From: Candidatus Aminicenantes bacterium
GTDB lineage: Bacteria > Acidobacteriota > Aminicenantia > Aminicenantales > Saccharicenantaceae
Direction of reading: 5' to 3'
DNA length: 64,000 nucleotides
NCBI GenBank assembly: GCA_963717865.1
Contig: CAVQXL010000004.1
Span: forward strand, 1,064,243 to 1,128,242
Below, piece by piece: positions 19,028 to 29,236 of the stretch (positions are counted from its first letter, which is position 1; each line of letters begins with the position of its first letter). Made by a program: the position numbers and the translations under genes. Below the pieces are notes generated by a model, which worked only from the letters and a program-made list of their open reading frames with translations, did no database searches and had not been told where the DNA came from.

Positions 19028-21984
19028 ATGTTCGTCCCGCTCCGCATCCATTCCGTTTTCAGCAAGGGCCGGGGCGGGCGTCACGCGTCGAGGAGGCCGC
19101 GTCCTGGGCGGCGGAGCAGAGGCTTCCGGCCGCGGCGCTCGCCGACATCGGCAACGTCTACGGCTGGGGCAAGTGGAAGCGGGCCGCGCCGGCGGCCGGG
19201 TTCAAGCCCCTCTTCGGCTGCGAGCTCGAGGTCGGCGGGCGACCGGTTCGTCTTCCTGGTCAAGGACGCCGGAGGGCTACTCGGAACCTGATGGAGATCT
19301 TCAACCGGAAGGAGGTCCGGAGCGCCGGCGGCCTGGTCGCGATCCACGTCCCGGCCGGCAAGGGAGACGTCGAGGCCGACGGCGAGGGTGCGGCGCCGGG
19401 CTGCGGGGCGAAGAGGGACGACAGGGAGGCGCTGAAAGCGGCCGGGGCCGGCCGGCCGGGCGCCCGGGAAGCCGGCATCCTGGCCGACCTGCGGGAAAAG
19501 ATGCCCGCCGGCGATCTCTACCTCGGCGGCGGAGTTCTCCAACTTCCGGCGGGCGGCGGAGATCAGGCCGGGAGGGCCCCGCCTCCGGCCTGCCCCTCGT
19601 CTGGGCCAACCCCCTCAAGTTCGTCGGCGAGCCCGGAGCGCCTCGTCCTCCTCCACGCCATCGAGAAGAAGATCCCCTATCCCGCCGGAGCGGGAGAAGC
19701 TCGCTGGCCACGATCGGCGTCTTCGGCCCGGACCAGGAGGCGCTGGCCCTGCGCAGGTTCGGCGACGGCGCCGAAGGAGGCCCTCGGGCCGGACGTTCGA
19801 GGTCGCCGAAAAGTGCGCGTTCGTCTTCGAGGACATCGTGCCGCCAGCCTCCCGGCCGACCTCTTCCCCAGGACCCTCCGCGAGTCGGTCATGGCGCGGC
19901 TGACGGCGGCGAAGGACCTCTCCTGGAAGGAGCGCCAGCGGGCCCGCCGCGAGCTCGCCGTCGTCGAGCAGCTCGGGCTTCGGCCCGTACTTCCTCATCG
20001 TCCACGACGTCGTCGAGTTCGCCCGCCGCCGCGGCATCCTCCACAACCTGCGCGGGTCCGGGGCCTCGTCCTTCCTGGCCTGGCTCCTCGGCATCTCCCA
20101 CGTCAACCCCATCGAGTTCGACCTCTACTTCGAGCGCTTCCTCAACCGCGGCCGGCCCGACCCGCCCGACATCGACATCGATTTCGACTCGCGGCGCCGC
20201 GACGAGGTCCTGACCTACGTCCTCGAGCGGTACGGCGCGCGGCAGGACGGGCGCGGCCTTCGTCTGCAGCCTGAAGAACTTCGGGGCCCGCTCCGCCCTC
20301 TACGAGACCGCCCGGGCCTTCGGCGTCCCGCCCGAGGAGGCGCGCGGCCATGGCGAAGCGCGCGCCGTTTTTCGCCGAGCCGGAGTCCCTCAGCGACCGG
20401 CCGCGCCCGCCCCGGGCTACCTCGACGTCTGGAAGCTCGCCGCCGAGCTGGACGGACGTCTACGCCGAGATCTCGCTCCACGTCGGCGGGGTCATCCTGA
20501 CGCCCGCGCCGGTCGAGCGCTACCTGCCGCTCGAGGACTCGGCCAAGGGCCTCCTGCATGTGCCCACTTCGACAAGGACGTCGTCGAGGACCTCCGGCTC
20601 ATCAAGCTCGACCTCCTCTCGGTGCGGGGGCTGGCCGCCATCTCGGAGACGAAGGAGACGCTCGGCCTCCGGACGCGTCCCGCCGGGCGACGCCGCCGAC
20701 CTACGCGGATGCTCGGGCGAGCCCGGACGATCGGCTGTTTCCAGGTCGAGAGCCCGGCCATGATGAACCTCCTGCGCCGGATGAAGCCGACGGACGTCTT
20801 CGAGCTCACCCAGGCCCTGGCCCTCGTCCGGCCCGGGCCGACCGAGAGCGGCATGAAGGAGGCCCTGCTCCGCGGCCCGCGAGGGGAGGCCCGCGGCGCG
20901 CGACCCCTTCCTCGCGAAGGTCCTGCCCGAGACCGGCGGCATCCTTCTCTACGAGGAGCAGGTCATGCAGATCGCCGAGCGGGTGGCCGGCATGCCGCCC
21001 GAGGAGGGCGACCTCCTGCGGCGGAGCCTCAGGAAGGAAGGGCGGCGACCCGGCCCTCCGCGAGCGAGTTCTTCCGCGAGGCCGGCGAGCGCGGCTACGC
21101 GGCGGCCGAGGTCGAGCAAGCTCTGGAAGACCATGGAGAAGTTCTCCTCCTACTCCTTCAACAAGGCCCACAGCGCCTCCTACGCCGCCATGGCCTACCA
21201 GGCCGTCTACCTCAAGGTCCACCACCCCGTGCCGTACCTCGCGGCCGTGCTCAACGCCGGCGGCGGCTACTACGACCTCGCGGAATACGTCGAGGAGGCC
21301 AAGCGGCAGGGGATCCGCATCCTCGGGCCGGACGCCAACCGGAGCGGCCACGGCTTCGAGGTCGAGGGCGGGGCCATCCGCGTCGGCTTCGACGTCGATC
21401 AAGGGGCTGGGGCTCAAGACCGATCGAAGATCCTCGACGAGCGGGCGGCGGGCGGCGAGTTCCCGTCGGTCGAGGACTTCCTGGCCCGGACGCGAGCCCG
21501 TCGCAAGAGCCGAGCTCCTGGCGCTCATCCGGGCCGGCGTCTTCGACGCGCTCGAGCCGCGCCGGACGCGCCAGGTCCTCCGCTATTTCCAGGGGCTCGA
21601 GGACATGGAGCGAGGTGGCGGACATCGACGCCGGCGGAGAAGGCAGCGGATGCTCTTCGAGTCGCTCGGCTTCCTCGCCGGCGGGCGACCCGCTCGACCT
21701 CTACGAGGGCAAGCGGCCGCCGCTCCGGATCCGGGACCTCAAGGCCTGCGCCGGGACGGTCGGTCGAGCTCGTGGTCCGGGTCGTGGACGCCCGGCAGAT
21801 CCCGCTCAAGGGCGGGAGCCGGTATTTCTTCCTGTTCGAGGACGAGACGGGCCTCGTCGAGGGCATCGGGGAGACGAGGGGCCTGGTCTTCGGCACGCCC
21901 CCCGCCTGCTGTCTGAGAGGCGAGGTCCGCAACGGCGGCGGCGGCGTCAAGATCCAGAACTGCAGTTTTCTCAGGTCGTTCTGA
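19028..21984 (+). pseudogene. dnaE2: DnaE2-type error-prone DNA polymerase III alpha subunit, at least ~15 frame changes
   Basis: PHP start MFVPLRIHSVFS. Further motifs are GFGPYFLIVHDVVEFARRRGI, PDIDIDFDS, HVGGVILTP, IGCFQVESPAMMNLL, FNKAHSASYAAMAYQAVYLKVHHP and an OB-like tail. Total length is about 985 codons, as for DnaE2. Fragments alternate between frames every ~100-300 nt. Confidence 0.8.
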
Positions 21985-22112
21985 TGAAGAGCGAGACGCG
22001 CGAGACAAGCGAGACAGGAGCTCGATAAAGAATATGTCAAGAGAGGCGAGGCATGCAGCCGCAGGCTTCAGCCTGCGTGCTCGACGGAACTAAAAAACGC
22101 GGAGGTAAGCCG

Positions 22113-22337
22113 ATGAGAAGATACAAGTTCTCGGTGGTCGTGGAGAAAGAGCAGGGGGGATTTTACGCGTCGTGCCCGGCTCTTCCCGGGTGCTACGCGA
22201 CGGGACGGAGCCGGGGCGAGGTCATGCGGGCCATCCGGGCGGCCATCCGGGTCCATATCGAGGACCGAATGGGCGACAACGAGGGCGTCCCCCAGCCCGA
22301 GCCTGTCAGCTTCACCCGCCTCGAGGTCGTCTTCTGA
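22113..22337 (+). CDS. HicB-like (UPF0150) antitoxin-fold protein
   Basis: GGAGG SD 7 nt before the ATG at 22113. MRRYKFSVVVEKEQGGFYASCPALPGCYATGRSRGEVMRAIRAAIRVHIE is the typical HicB N-terminal fold signature. No HicA-sized ORF is adjacent. Confidence 0.6.
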   Translation: MRRYKFSVVVEKEQGGFYASCPALPGCYATGRSRGEVMRAIRAAIRVHIEDRMGDNEGVPQPEPVSFTRLEVVF

Positions 22338-22352
22338 AGAAAAGGCGTCCGG

Positions 22353-23597
22353 TCAGATCAGGATCTCCTTCGGGATGTCCCTGAGGTTGAAGTTCGAGGC
22401 CATGCTCCGGCAGTAGCCGCCCGCGCCCAGGACGGCCAGGAGGCCGCCGCGCTCCGGCCGGGGCATGAGTCTTTCCTTGCCGAAGACGTCGCCGGTCTCG
22501 CAGAGGTGGCCGGCCACGGTGATCCGGGCCTTCTTCGTCCCGTCGACCTCCAGGCAGTTGACGATCTCATGATGGGCCTGCATATAGATGGCGGGGCGCG
22601 GCACCGTATTGAACGTCCCGCCGTCGACGCAGGCGAAGAGGTTGCCGTAGCTTTCCTTGATGTAGGACACTCCCAGGAGAAGCGCTGCGGCGTCTCCGAC
22701 GAGGTATTTTCCGGGCTCGAAGGCCATCGCCTTGATATCCAGGCCCGACTTCCGGACCTTCCCGCAGACGTATCGAAGGTAATCGGCGACGGGAAACAGA
22801 TGCTGGCCCTGGGAGTACCTGGGGCCGAACCCTCCGCCGAAGTCGAGGAACTCCAGCCGGAATCCCAGCCCCCGGAGATCGGCGGCCCTGCGGACCATCC
22901 GGTCGACGGCCCGCCGGACCGTGGGGTAATCCTCCCGGACCCAGCCGGAGCCCAGGTGCTGATGGAGCCCGACGGGCAGGAATCCGAGCTTTTTCGCTCG
23001 CTGGAAGACGGACACCACCTTGCTCTCCTCGACTCCGAACTTGATGGGCGTCCCGTCGGCGGACCGTTCGCCCGCCGTGACGGCCTTGGGATTGAAGCCT
23101 CGGCCGATCCCCGGATTCCAGCGCACGGAAACCCTGATCTTCCGGCCGCGGAACGCGGCGTCCCGGACCTCGCGCATGAGCTCGAGTTGTTCCGCCGCGT
23201 CGATGTTGACCGTGAGGCCGGGGATGCTGAAGGCTGCGCGAAGGTCGGCGATGCTCACGCTGGTTCCGGTGAAGAGGATGCGGGTCGCGGGGAACCCCGC
23301 GGCCATGGCCGTCCGGACCTCGTTGGGCGAGACCGCGTCGATCCAGGCCCCCGCCCCCCGGAGGGCTTTCAGGATCCCCGTATGGGGATTGGCCTTCATC
23401 GCGAAACAGACGCGCGTTTCGAGCGGCGTGAGGTCCGCCAGAAGGTCTTTGAGCTCCTCGAACCGGGCCAGGATCCGCCGCTTTCCATAAACATAGAGCG
23501 GAGTGCCGTGACGTTTGGCCAGGTCCATGGCGTCCGCGCCGGCGAGCTCGAGCCTGTTCCCCCGTACCTTAGTGAATTCGTTCTCCCACCAGTGCAT
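22353..23597 (-). CDS. Diaminopimelate-decarboxylase-like PLP enzyme (Orn/DAP/Arg decarboxylase fold)
   Basis: 414 aa with HGTPLYVYGKRRI and CFAMKANP (PLP lysine motif), and CETGD near the C-terminus. Confidence 0.65.
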   Translation of the reverse strand: MHWWENEFTKVRGNRLELAGADAMDLAKRHGTPLYVYGKRRILARFEELKDLLADLTPLETRVCFAMKANPHTGILKALRGAGAWIDAVSPNEVRTAMAAGFPATRILFTGTSVSIADLRAAFSIPGLTVNIDAAEQLELMREVRDAAFRGRKIRVSVRWNPGIGRGFNPKAVTAGERSADGTPIKFGVEESKVVSVFQRAKKLGFLPVGLHQHLGSGWVREDYPTVRRAVDRMVRRAADLRGLGFRLEFLDFGGGFGPRYSQGQHLFPVADYLRYVCGKVRKSGLDIKAMAFEPGKYLVGDAAALLLGVSYIKESYGNLFACVDGGTFNTVPRPAIYMQAHHEIVNCLEVDGTKKARITVAGHLCETGDVFGKERLMPRPERGGLLAVLGAGGYCRSMASNFNLRDIPKEILI

Positions 23598-23598
23598 G

Positions 23599-24501
23599 TC
23601 ACTCTTCCTTGTCGTCGAATAGGTCTCTCTGGCCTTTTCGGATCTTCTGGATGATCTCCCCGAGGGCGGGGTACCGCTCGACGAGGAGTCTCGGGATCTC
23701 GAGCTTTTCGCCCGAGAGCATGTTCTTGATCTGGAGGGCGTTGGCCATGGCCTGCCCCCGGTAGTGGTTGTTCGTGATGACGTAGACCTTGCCGCTCTTT
23801 TTCCCCAATTGCTTGATGCGGTCGATCCACTCCTGGAGCTCGTCGGTCTCGTAGAGATAGTCGTACCGGTCGTCGCGTCCGGCCCCGGCCCGGAACCAGT
23901 CCTTATAGTTTCGTCCGTGGAGGCGGACGTAGGCGAAATCGGGGTTCGTGCTCACGGCCGAGGGCTTGATGGAATCCTTGAAGACGGGCTGGTCGATATT
24001 GCAGAAGGCGACCCTGTTCTCTTCGAGGAATCGGTGGAACTCCGGCGTATCCCATGAGGAGTGGCGGACCTCGAGGGCGAGCGGATATTCCGCGAACAGG
24101 GCGAAGATCCTCGCCAAATGGTCCCGGTTTTGCGGCGTATTGAGATACGACCAGGGGAATTGGACCAGGACGGCCGCCAGGCGCTTTCGGAGCCTCAAGG
24201 GGTCGATGCCGGCCCGGAAGTCGTCGACGTCCTTCTGGCCGAACGAGTCCCGCTGGTGCGTGAAGACCTGATGGAGCTTGACAGCGAAAAGAAAGGCGGG
24301 GAAGGCCTCGACCCTTCTCAGCCAGGATTGGGCCAGGGCCGCCGATGCGGGACGATAGAACGTGCTGTTGACCTCGACGATGTCGAGGAGCCGGGCCAGG
24401 AACGGGAGAGGGTGGAAGCCCCGGGGCTTATCGGGGGGATAGACGATCCCCTCCCAGTCTTCGTAACTCCAGCCGGCCGTGCCCACGTGGTAGGTTGCCA
24501 T
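23599..24501 (-). CDS. DUF72-family protein
   Basis: YHVGTAGWSYEDWEGIVYP and FYR motifs. The stop lies 1 nt from the start of the downstream decarboxylase gene. A start at the M at 24501 is preferred over 24549. Confidence 0.7.
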   Translation of the reverse strand: MATYHVGTAGWSYEDWEGIVYPPDKPRGFHPLPFLARLLDIVEVNSTFYRPASAALAQSWLRRVEAFPAFLFAVKLHQVFTHQRDSFGQKDVDDFRAGIDPLRLRKRLAAVLVQFPWSYLNTPQNRDHLARIFALFAEYPLALEVRHSSWDTPEFHRFLEENRVAFCNIDQPVFKDSIKPSAVSTNPDFAYVRLHGRNYKDWFRAGAGRDDRYDYLYETDELQEWIDRIKQLGKKSGKVYVITNNHYRGQAMANALQIKNMLSGEKLEIPRLLVERYPALGEIIQKIRKGQRDLFDDKEE

Positions 24502-24629
24502 GAAGGGGCATTTTAAGGCAATTGCCCTGCCGAGTACAAGGCCCGCCATTCGGTACGACTGCTGTCCGGGATTGCTTTTCGGGCCGCCCCCGCATAGACT
24601 GGTAAACCGAATGGGAGGAAGACAAAACC

Positions 24630-25602
24630 ATGAACATCGAATTCCCCAAAGACGTCCTTGAAGCGTATGCCCGGATCCGCGGGGACATCCGCCGCACGCC
24701 GCTCGAATTCGCCGGGGACCTCGGCCGGGCGGCGGGTGCCCGTGTCCTGGTCAAGTGGGAAAGCGACCAGATCACCGGATCGTTCAAGCTGCGGGGCGCG
24801 CTCAACAAGCTTCGAGCGCTCTCGCCCGGGGAGAGGTCCCTGGGGGTCGTCTCGGCGTCCACGGGGAACCACGGCTTGGCCATCAGCCACGCCGCGCGTC
24901 TCGAAGGGGTCGGGCTGACGCTTGTTCCTGCCGCGGACCGCGGCGGCCGTCAAGCGGGCGAAGATCGAGGCCCTCGGCGTCGATATCAGGACGTTCGGGG
25001 ACGACTGCGGCGCCACCGAGGTCCATGCCCGGGAATATGCCGCGGGCGCCGGGAAGATCTATGTCTCCCCATATAACGATCCCGACATCATCGCGGGGCA
25101 GGGCACCGTCGGCGTCGAGGTTCTCGAGGACGAACCGGCCGTCGAGGACGTGATCGTCGCCGTCGGAGGCGGGGGGCTCATCGCCGGGATCGCCGGCTAT
25201 CTCAAGGCCATGAAGCCCGGGACGAGGATCGTCGGTGTCGAACCGGAGACGTCGGCGTTCATGAAAGCCTCCGTGGAGGCCGGGCGCCTCATCGACGTCG
25301 ACGAACAGCCGACCGTCGCGGACGCCTTGGCCGGGGGGATAGAGCCGGGGGCCATCACCTTCCCGCTCTGCCGGGACCTGGTCGATGTGTTCATGACGGT
25401 CCCGGAGTCCGCCATCGTCGCGGCGATGGCGACGGTCCAGAGGTCGTTCGGGAAGCGCATCGAGGGCGCCGCCGCCGTGCCGATCGCCGGCCTCCTCGGC
25501 GAGCCGGAGCGCTTTCGGGGCCGCACGGTCGTCTGCATCGCGAGCGGCGGCAATATCGATCCGGCCAGATTCGACGCGCTCATCGGCGCGGCGCGGCCGT
25601 AG
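24630..25602 (+). pseudogene. Threonine/serine dehydratase-like PLP-dependent enzyme, one frame change near 24918
   Basis: GSFKLRGA lysine motif, SASTGNHG and GGGGLIAG glycine loop. The N-terminal ORF (24630-) and C-terminal ORF (-25602) join at ...GVGLTLV / FLPRTAAAVKRAKIEALG. Span length is 3n+1. Confidence 0.75.
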
Positions 25603-25621
25603 CGCCGGGGCTTACGCCAGG

Positions 25622-26398
25622 CTATCCGGGGAAGAGCCGGAATATGCGGCGTCCTTTTCCGGCCCTGACCGAATCGAGGATGGCCGCATGGACCATGTCG
25701 GCCGCGAGGCCGCAGGCTTTTTCCAGCGAGCGCCCCTTGGCGAGGTGCCCGAGGATCGCCGAGGAGAGGAAACACCCCGTCCCGTGGACGTTCCGGGCGA
25801 GTTTTTCGTGCCCGAAGACGGCCGTCCGGCGGCCGTCGAACAGGATGTTGAGCGCGCTCTTTTCCAGGTGGCCCCCCTTGACCAGGCAGGGGACCGCCGT
25901 CAGCCCGAAGAGGACCCTCGCCGCTTCCCGCATATCCCCGGGTGTCCGGACCGGCATCCCGGAGAGGACGGCGGCCTCGTCCATATTCGGCGTGAGGAGG
26001 GACGCCTGGCCCCGAACGGCCCGGAGAAGGGGAGCGATCCCCGTTTTTTCGAGGAGCCGGGCGCCCGAGCTCGCCCTCAGGACGGGATCGACCACCCTGG
26101 GGATCTCCGGGTGGCCGGCGAGGATGCGCCCGAGGGCGGGGACGACCGCGGCCGAGCCGAGCATGCCGACCTTGATACCGGCGAACACCATGTCCCGATC
26201 GAGCGCCGCGTACTGATCGATCACCGTTCGGGCCGGAAGCGGGATCACGCGCCGGACCTCCAGGGTGTTCTGGATCGTCAGGGCGGTGAGGACGGAGGCG
26301 CCGTGAAAGCCGAAAGCCCCGAAGACGCGGACGTCCATGAGGGCTCCCGCGCCCCCCGACGGGTCGTAGCCGGCGATGGAGAGCAGGGTTCGTTTCAT
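25622..26398 (-). CDS. thiD: Hydroxymethylpyrimidine/phosphomethylpyrimidine kinase
   Basis: MKRTLLSIAGYDPSGGAGALMDV, LLTPNMDEA, VKGGH and GTGCFLSSAI. GGAGG SD before the ATG at 26396-26398. A candidate promoter has TTGACT (26441-26446, minus strand), an 18-nt spacer and TACAAT (26417-26422). Confidence 0.8.
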   Translation of the reverse strand: MKRTLLSIAGYDPSGGAGALMDVRVFGAFGFHGASVLTALTIQNTLEVRRVIPLPARTVIDQYAALDRDMVFAGIKVGMLGSAAVVPALGRILAGHPEIPRVVDPVLRASSGARLLEKTGIAPLLRAVRGQASLLTPNMDEAAVLSGMPVRTPGDMREAARVLFGLTAVPCLVKGGHLEKSALNILFDGRRTAVFGHEKLARNVHGTGCFLSSAILGHLAKGRSLEKACGLAADMVHAAILDSVRAGKGRRIFRLFPG

Positions 26399-26528
26399 TT
26401 CTTTCGCCTCCTCGGGATTGTAGGGCCTGGGACGGGCCCGAGTCAACACGCGGCCCGATGGGCCGCTCCGCCGGGACGCGATTGAAGCCGGGGCCGGAGT
26501 TGGGCTAGAATCGGATCGGCAGGATGTC

Positions 26529-26804
26529 ATGCGCAGGCGATTCCATGGCTTCGTTTCCGGCCGGGTCCAGGGCGTCGCTTATCGATATTTCGCCCAGAAA
26601 TGGGCCGGAGCGCTGTCTCTCTCGGGGTGGGTCCGAAACCTCGCGGACGGACGGGTCGAGGTCATGGCCGAGGGGGAGGAAGCGGCGCTCGGGAGCTTCG
26701 CGGAGCGGCTCCGCGAAGGCCCCCGCATGGCCGTCGTGGAAGGGTTCGATCTGCGCTGGGAGGAGCCGGCGGGGGAGGCCGGCGCTTTCCGGATCGAATT
26801 CTAG
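26529..26804 (+). CDS. acyP: Acylphosphatase
   Basis: 91 aa with VSGRVQGVAYRYF and GWVRNLADGRVEV motifs. Confidence 0.8.
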   Translation: MRRRFHGFVSGRVQGVAYRYFAQKWAGALSLSGWVRNLADGRVEVMAEGEEAALGSFAERLREGPRMAVVEGFDLRWEEPAGEAGAFRIEF

Positions 26805-27116
26805 GCCTCGGGCGGCCCGGGCGTCTCCTCGGTCTTCTTCATGAACCCGTCCCGGCACTCCCGGGAGCAGAAATAAGTATTCTTTTCCGCCGCGGACCTC
26901 CCGGATGGATTCCTCCCTGGGGAGATACATATTGCAGTATTCGTCCTTGACCATGGTCCCCCCGAGGGCCGGCGGGCGCGGCCGCGCTCCGGGCGGTCTC
27001 CCGATGGCCTGGATGAACCTGACGACGGCAAAGATGACGTAAAGGATAAAGAGGATGAAGAGGAACCTGATGAGGAACACATAGGAATATTTATCGGAAT
27101 CCGGGGCATCTGTCAA
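26801..27116 (-). pseudogene. Small membrane protein with C-terminal Cys motif (PP0621/TRASH-like), one frame change near 26875
   Basis: N-terminal TM segment (FLIRFLFILFILYVIFAVV), then MVKDEYCNMYLPREESI...GGKEY. The tail YFCSRECRDGFMKK lies in another frame. Removing one t gives EYYFCSREC. The unshifted frame would run antisense through acyP. Confidence 0.45.
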
Positions 27117-27151
27117 ATCGCCCCTTGATTCGGGTCGGCTCGCGTTCTAAC

Positions 27152-27797
27152 ATGAGCGCGATGAGATACGCGTTGTCGGCGTCCGAGAGGGCGTTCAAGG
27201 ATTCCTTCCGGGAAATCGCGGAGCGGGCGATCCCCTCCGCGGGCGCAGGGCCGCGCCCCCGAGGGCCTTTCCCGCGAGCTGGGACATTGGCTGGCGGCCC
27301 TGAGACCGGCCGGCCTTTCCCGGGTCGAGGAGGTCGTCGTCATGGAGGAATTAGGCCGCCGATGCCCCGCCGCGGCTCCCGGGCTCGTCGCGGCCGGTCC
27401 ATTCGGGTCGTTGAGCCCGGGCCTGCGCCGTGCTGCGGCCAACCTGGGCGCGGCCCAGGGTATCCTGGCTCCCGGACTCGCCGGGGTTCCGGCGATCGGG
27501 GGGCCGCGCGGGACGGTCCTCCAATCCCTGGCCGACGCTCTGGCCGGGATCGAGGCGGCCCGGCTCAAGCTCTATCGGGCGGCTATTCTGGAGGACGCGG
27601 GGCGGGGGGATGCCGGGGAAAACGCCGGGGCCGAGAGTCTGGCCGGTGCCCTCGCCCGGACGGCCGGAATCCTGATGGAACGGATCACGACAGGAGGGAA
27701 GGATGAGACTGGAAGCGCTGTACAGGAAGGCGATCGCAACGGGGATCGACAACGACCTGAGGGGCCGGGAGGAGGTCCACAGGGTCCTCGCGGATGA
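27152..27797 (+). pseudogene. Hypothetical protein, weak acyl-CoA-dehydrogenase-like pieces, frame-disrupted
   Basis: MSAMRYALSASERAFKDSFREIAERAI in one frame, then ELGHWLAALRPAGLSRVEEVVVMEELGRR...LKLYRAAILEDAGRGDAGENAGAESLA in another. The end is uncertain and overlaps the Nif3 gene start. Confidence 0.25.
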
Positions 27798-28668
27798 AAA
27801 AGAGAGGTTCGAGAAGCTTCCCGAGCGGGAGAAAGACGATTTCGACCCCGACAGGCTCTTCAACCCGTTCGCCGATACGCGCGTCCTCAACGGCGGCCCG
27901 GACATCGAGGTCCGTAAGGCGATCGTCGGCATCGACATGGAGATCGGGGAGATACTCCTCGCCCACACCCTGAACAGGGACTTCGGGGCGAAGATCGACC
28001 TCGTCGTCGCCCATCACCCCGAAGGCTACGCCCAGGCGCGGCTCCACGACGTCATGCGGCTTCAGTCCGATCTCCTGGCCGCCTGCGGCGTCCCCGTGGC
28101 CGTCGCGGAACAGCTCATGGAGAAGCGGATCGGCGAGGTCGAGCGCCGGCTGCTGCCGGTCAATCACGAGCGGGCCGTCGACGCCGCCCGGGCCCTGGGC
28201 CTTCCGATGATGTGCATCCACACGCCCGCCGACAACTGCGTCACCGGCTACCTCACGCGCCTGTTCGGGGAAAAGGGGCCGCGGACCGTCGGCGACCTCG
28301 TCGGGCTCCTGAAGGAGATCCCGGAATACCAGAGGGCCGCCCGGCGCAACGTCTCCCCCAGGATCGTCAACGGCTCCGAGGGCGGGAAGTGCGGCCGCAT
28401 CTTCGTGGACATGACGGGCGGGACGGAAGGGTCCAAGGACATCTACGACAGGCTCGCGACGGCCGGGGTCAGCACCCTCGTCGGGATGCATCTCGGGGAG
28501 GAAGCCCTCGAAAAGGCCCGGAAGGCCAACCTGAACGTCGTCATCGCCGGCCACGTCTCGAGCGACACGCTGGGGCTGAATCTCCTGTTCGACGAGATCG
28601 AAAAGGACGGGGCCCTGGACTGCGTGCCGGCCTCGGGGTTCGAAAGGATCCGCCGGACCGCCGGCTGA
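27703..28668 (+). CDS. Nif3-family (DUF34) dinuclear-metal protein
   Basis: GGAGGG SD. Motifs are VVAHHPEG, CIHTPADN and IAGHVSSD. Confidence 0.75.
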   Translation: MRLEALYRKAIATGIDNDLRGREEVHRVLADEKERFEKLPEREKDDFDPDRLFNPFADTRVLNGGPDIEVRKAIVGIDMEIGEILLAHTLNRDFGAKIDLVVAHHPEGYAQARLHDVMRLQSDLLAACGVPVAVAEQLMEKRIGEVERRLLPVNHERAVDAARALGLPMMCIHTPADNCVTGYLTRLFGEKGPRTVGDLVGLLKEIPEYQRAARRNVSPRIVNGSEGGKCGRIFVDMTGGTEGSKDIYDRLATAGVSTLVGMHLGEEALEKARKANLNVVIAGHVSSDTLGLNLLFDEIEKDGALDCVPASGFERIRRTAG

Positions 28669-28677
28669 CGGGCCGCT

Positions 28678-29184
28678 TCAGAAGTGCTCGTGGGCGCTTC
28701 GGGTCGCGATCCACGTCGCAAAGGCCCGGGCGTCGGCGACGTCGTGTTCGTCGGGATGCGTGCTCGCCGTCGCCGCCATGTCCGTCCAGGCCTCGTGCTC
28801 CGGGGATTTGCTCAGGACCTCTCGGGCCTGCAACGAGACCTTGCCGCGGCAGGAGAACGTCCCCAACAGCTTGGCCTTGGATACGAGGATGGACGCGTAT
28901 TCGAGGGCTTCCCGGGACAGGCTCATCCCCGGGAGAGAGCCGTGGGTGGAGAAGAGGGCGACTTTCTTGCCGGCCGGGACGCTTTTCAGGAATTCCTCGA
29001 CCTTGTACGGGACGCTGTGGGACTGGACGGGGAAGCCGATGAAAACAAGCCCGTAGAGGGCGAGGTCCGTGACCTTGTCCATCGGCAGGAGGTCGGGCCG
29101 TCCGTCGAGCGCCCCGTGGATGGCTTCCGCGATCATCCGCGTGTTCCCGGTCCGGCTGAAGTAGGTGACGAGCACTTTGGCCAT
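28678..29184 (-). CDS. Flavodoxin-family protein
   Basis: MAKVLVTYFSRTGNTRMIAEAI FMN-binding N-terminus; 168 aa. Confidence 0.75.
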   Translation of the reverse strand: MAKVLVTYFSRTGNTRMIAEAIHGALDGRPDLLPMDKVTDLALYGLVFIGFPVQSHSVPYKVEEFLKSVPAGKKVALFSTHGSLPGMSLSREALEYASILVSKAKLLGTFSCRGKVSLQAREVLSKSPEHEAWTDMAATASTHPDEHDVADARAFATWIATRSAHEHF

Positions 29185-29236
29185 GTCGTGCGTCCTTTCT
29201 CGGAAGGCCTATTGTTCCATAAAACCGCCCCGATTT

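Noticed and set aside
26399-26528. TPP riboswitch upstream of thiD.
   Set aside because: The candidate promoter leaves a leader of only about a dozen nt, and the conserved CUGAGA / ACCUGAUCUGGAUAAUGCCAGCG elements are absent.
27152-27797. Acyl-CoA-dehydrogenase-like gene.
   Set aside because: Only short, degenerate resemblances to ACAD N- and C-terminal helices are present. It is far too short for a real ACAD, and the frame and end are uncertain. I kept it only as a low-confidence hypothetical feature.
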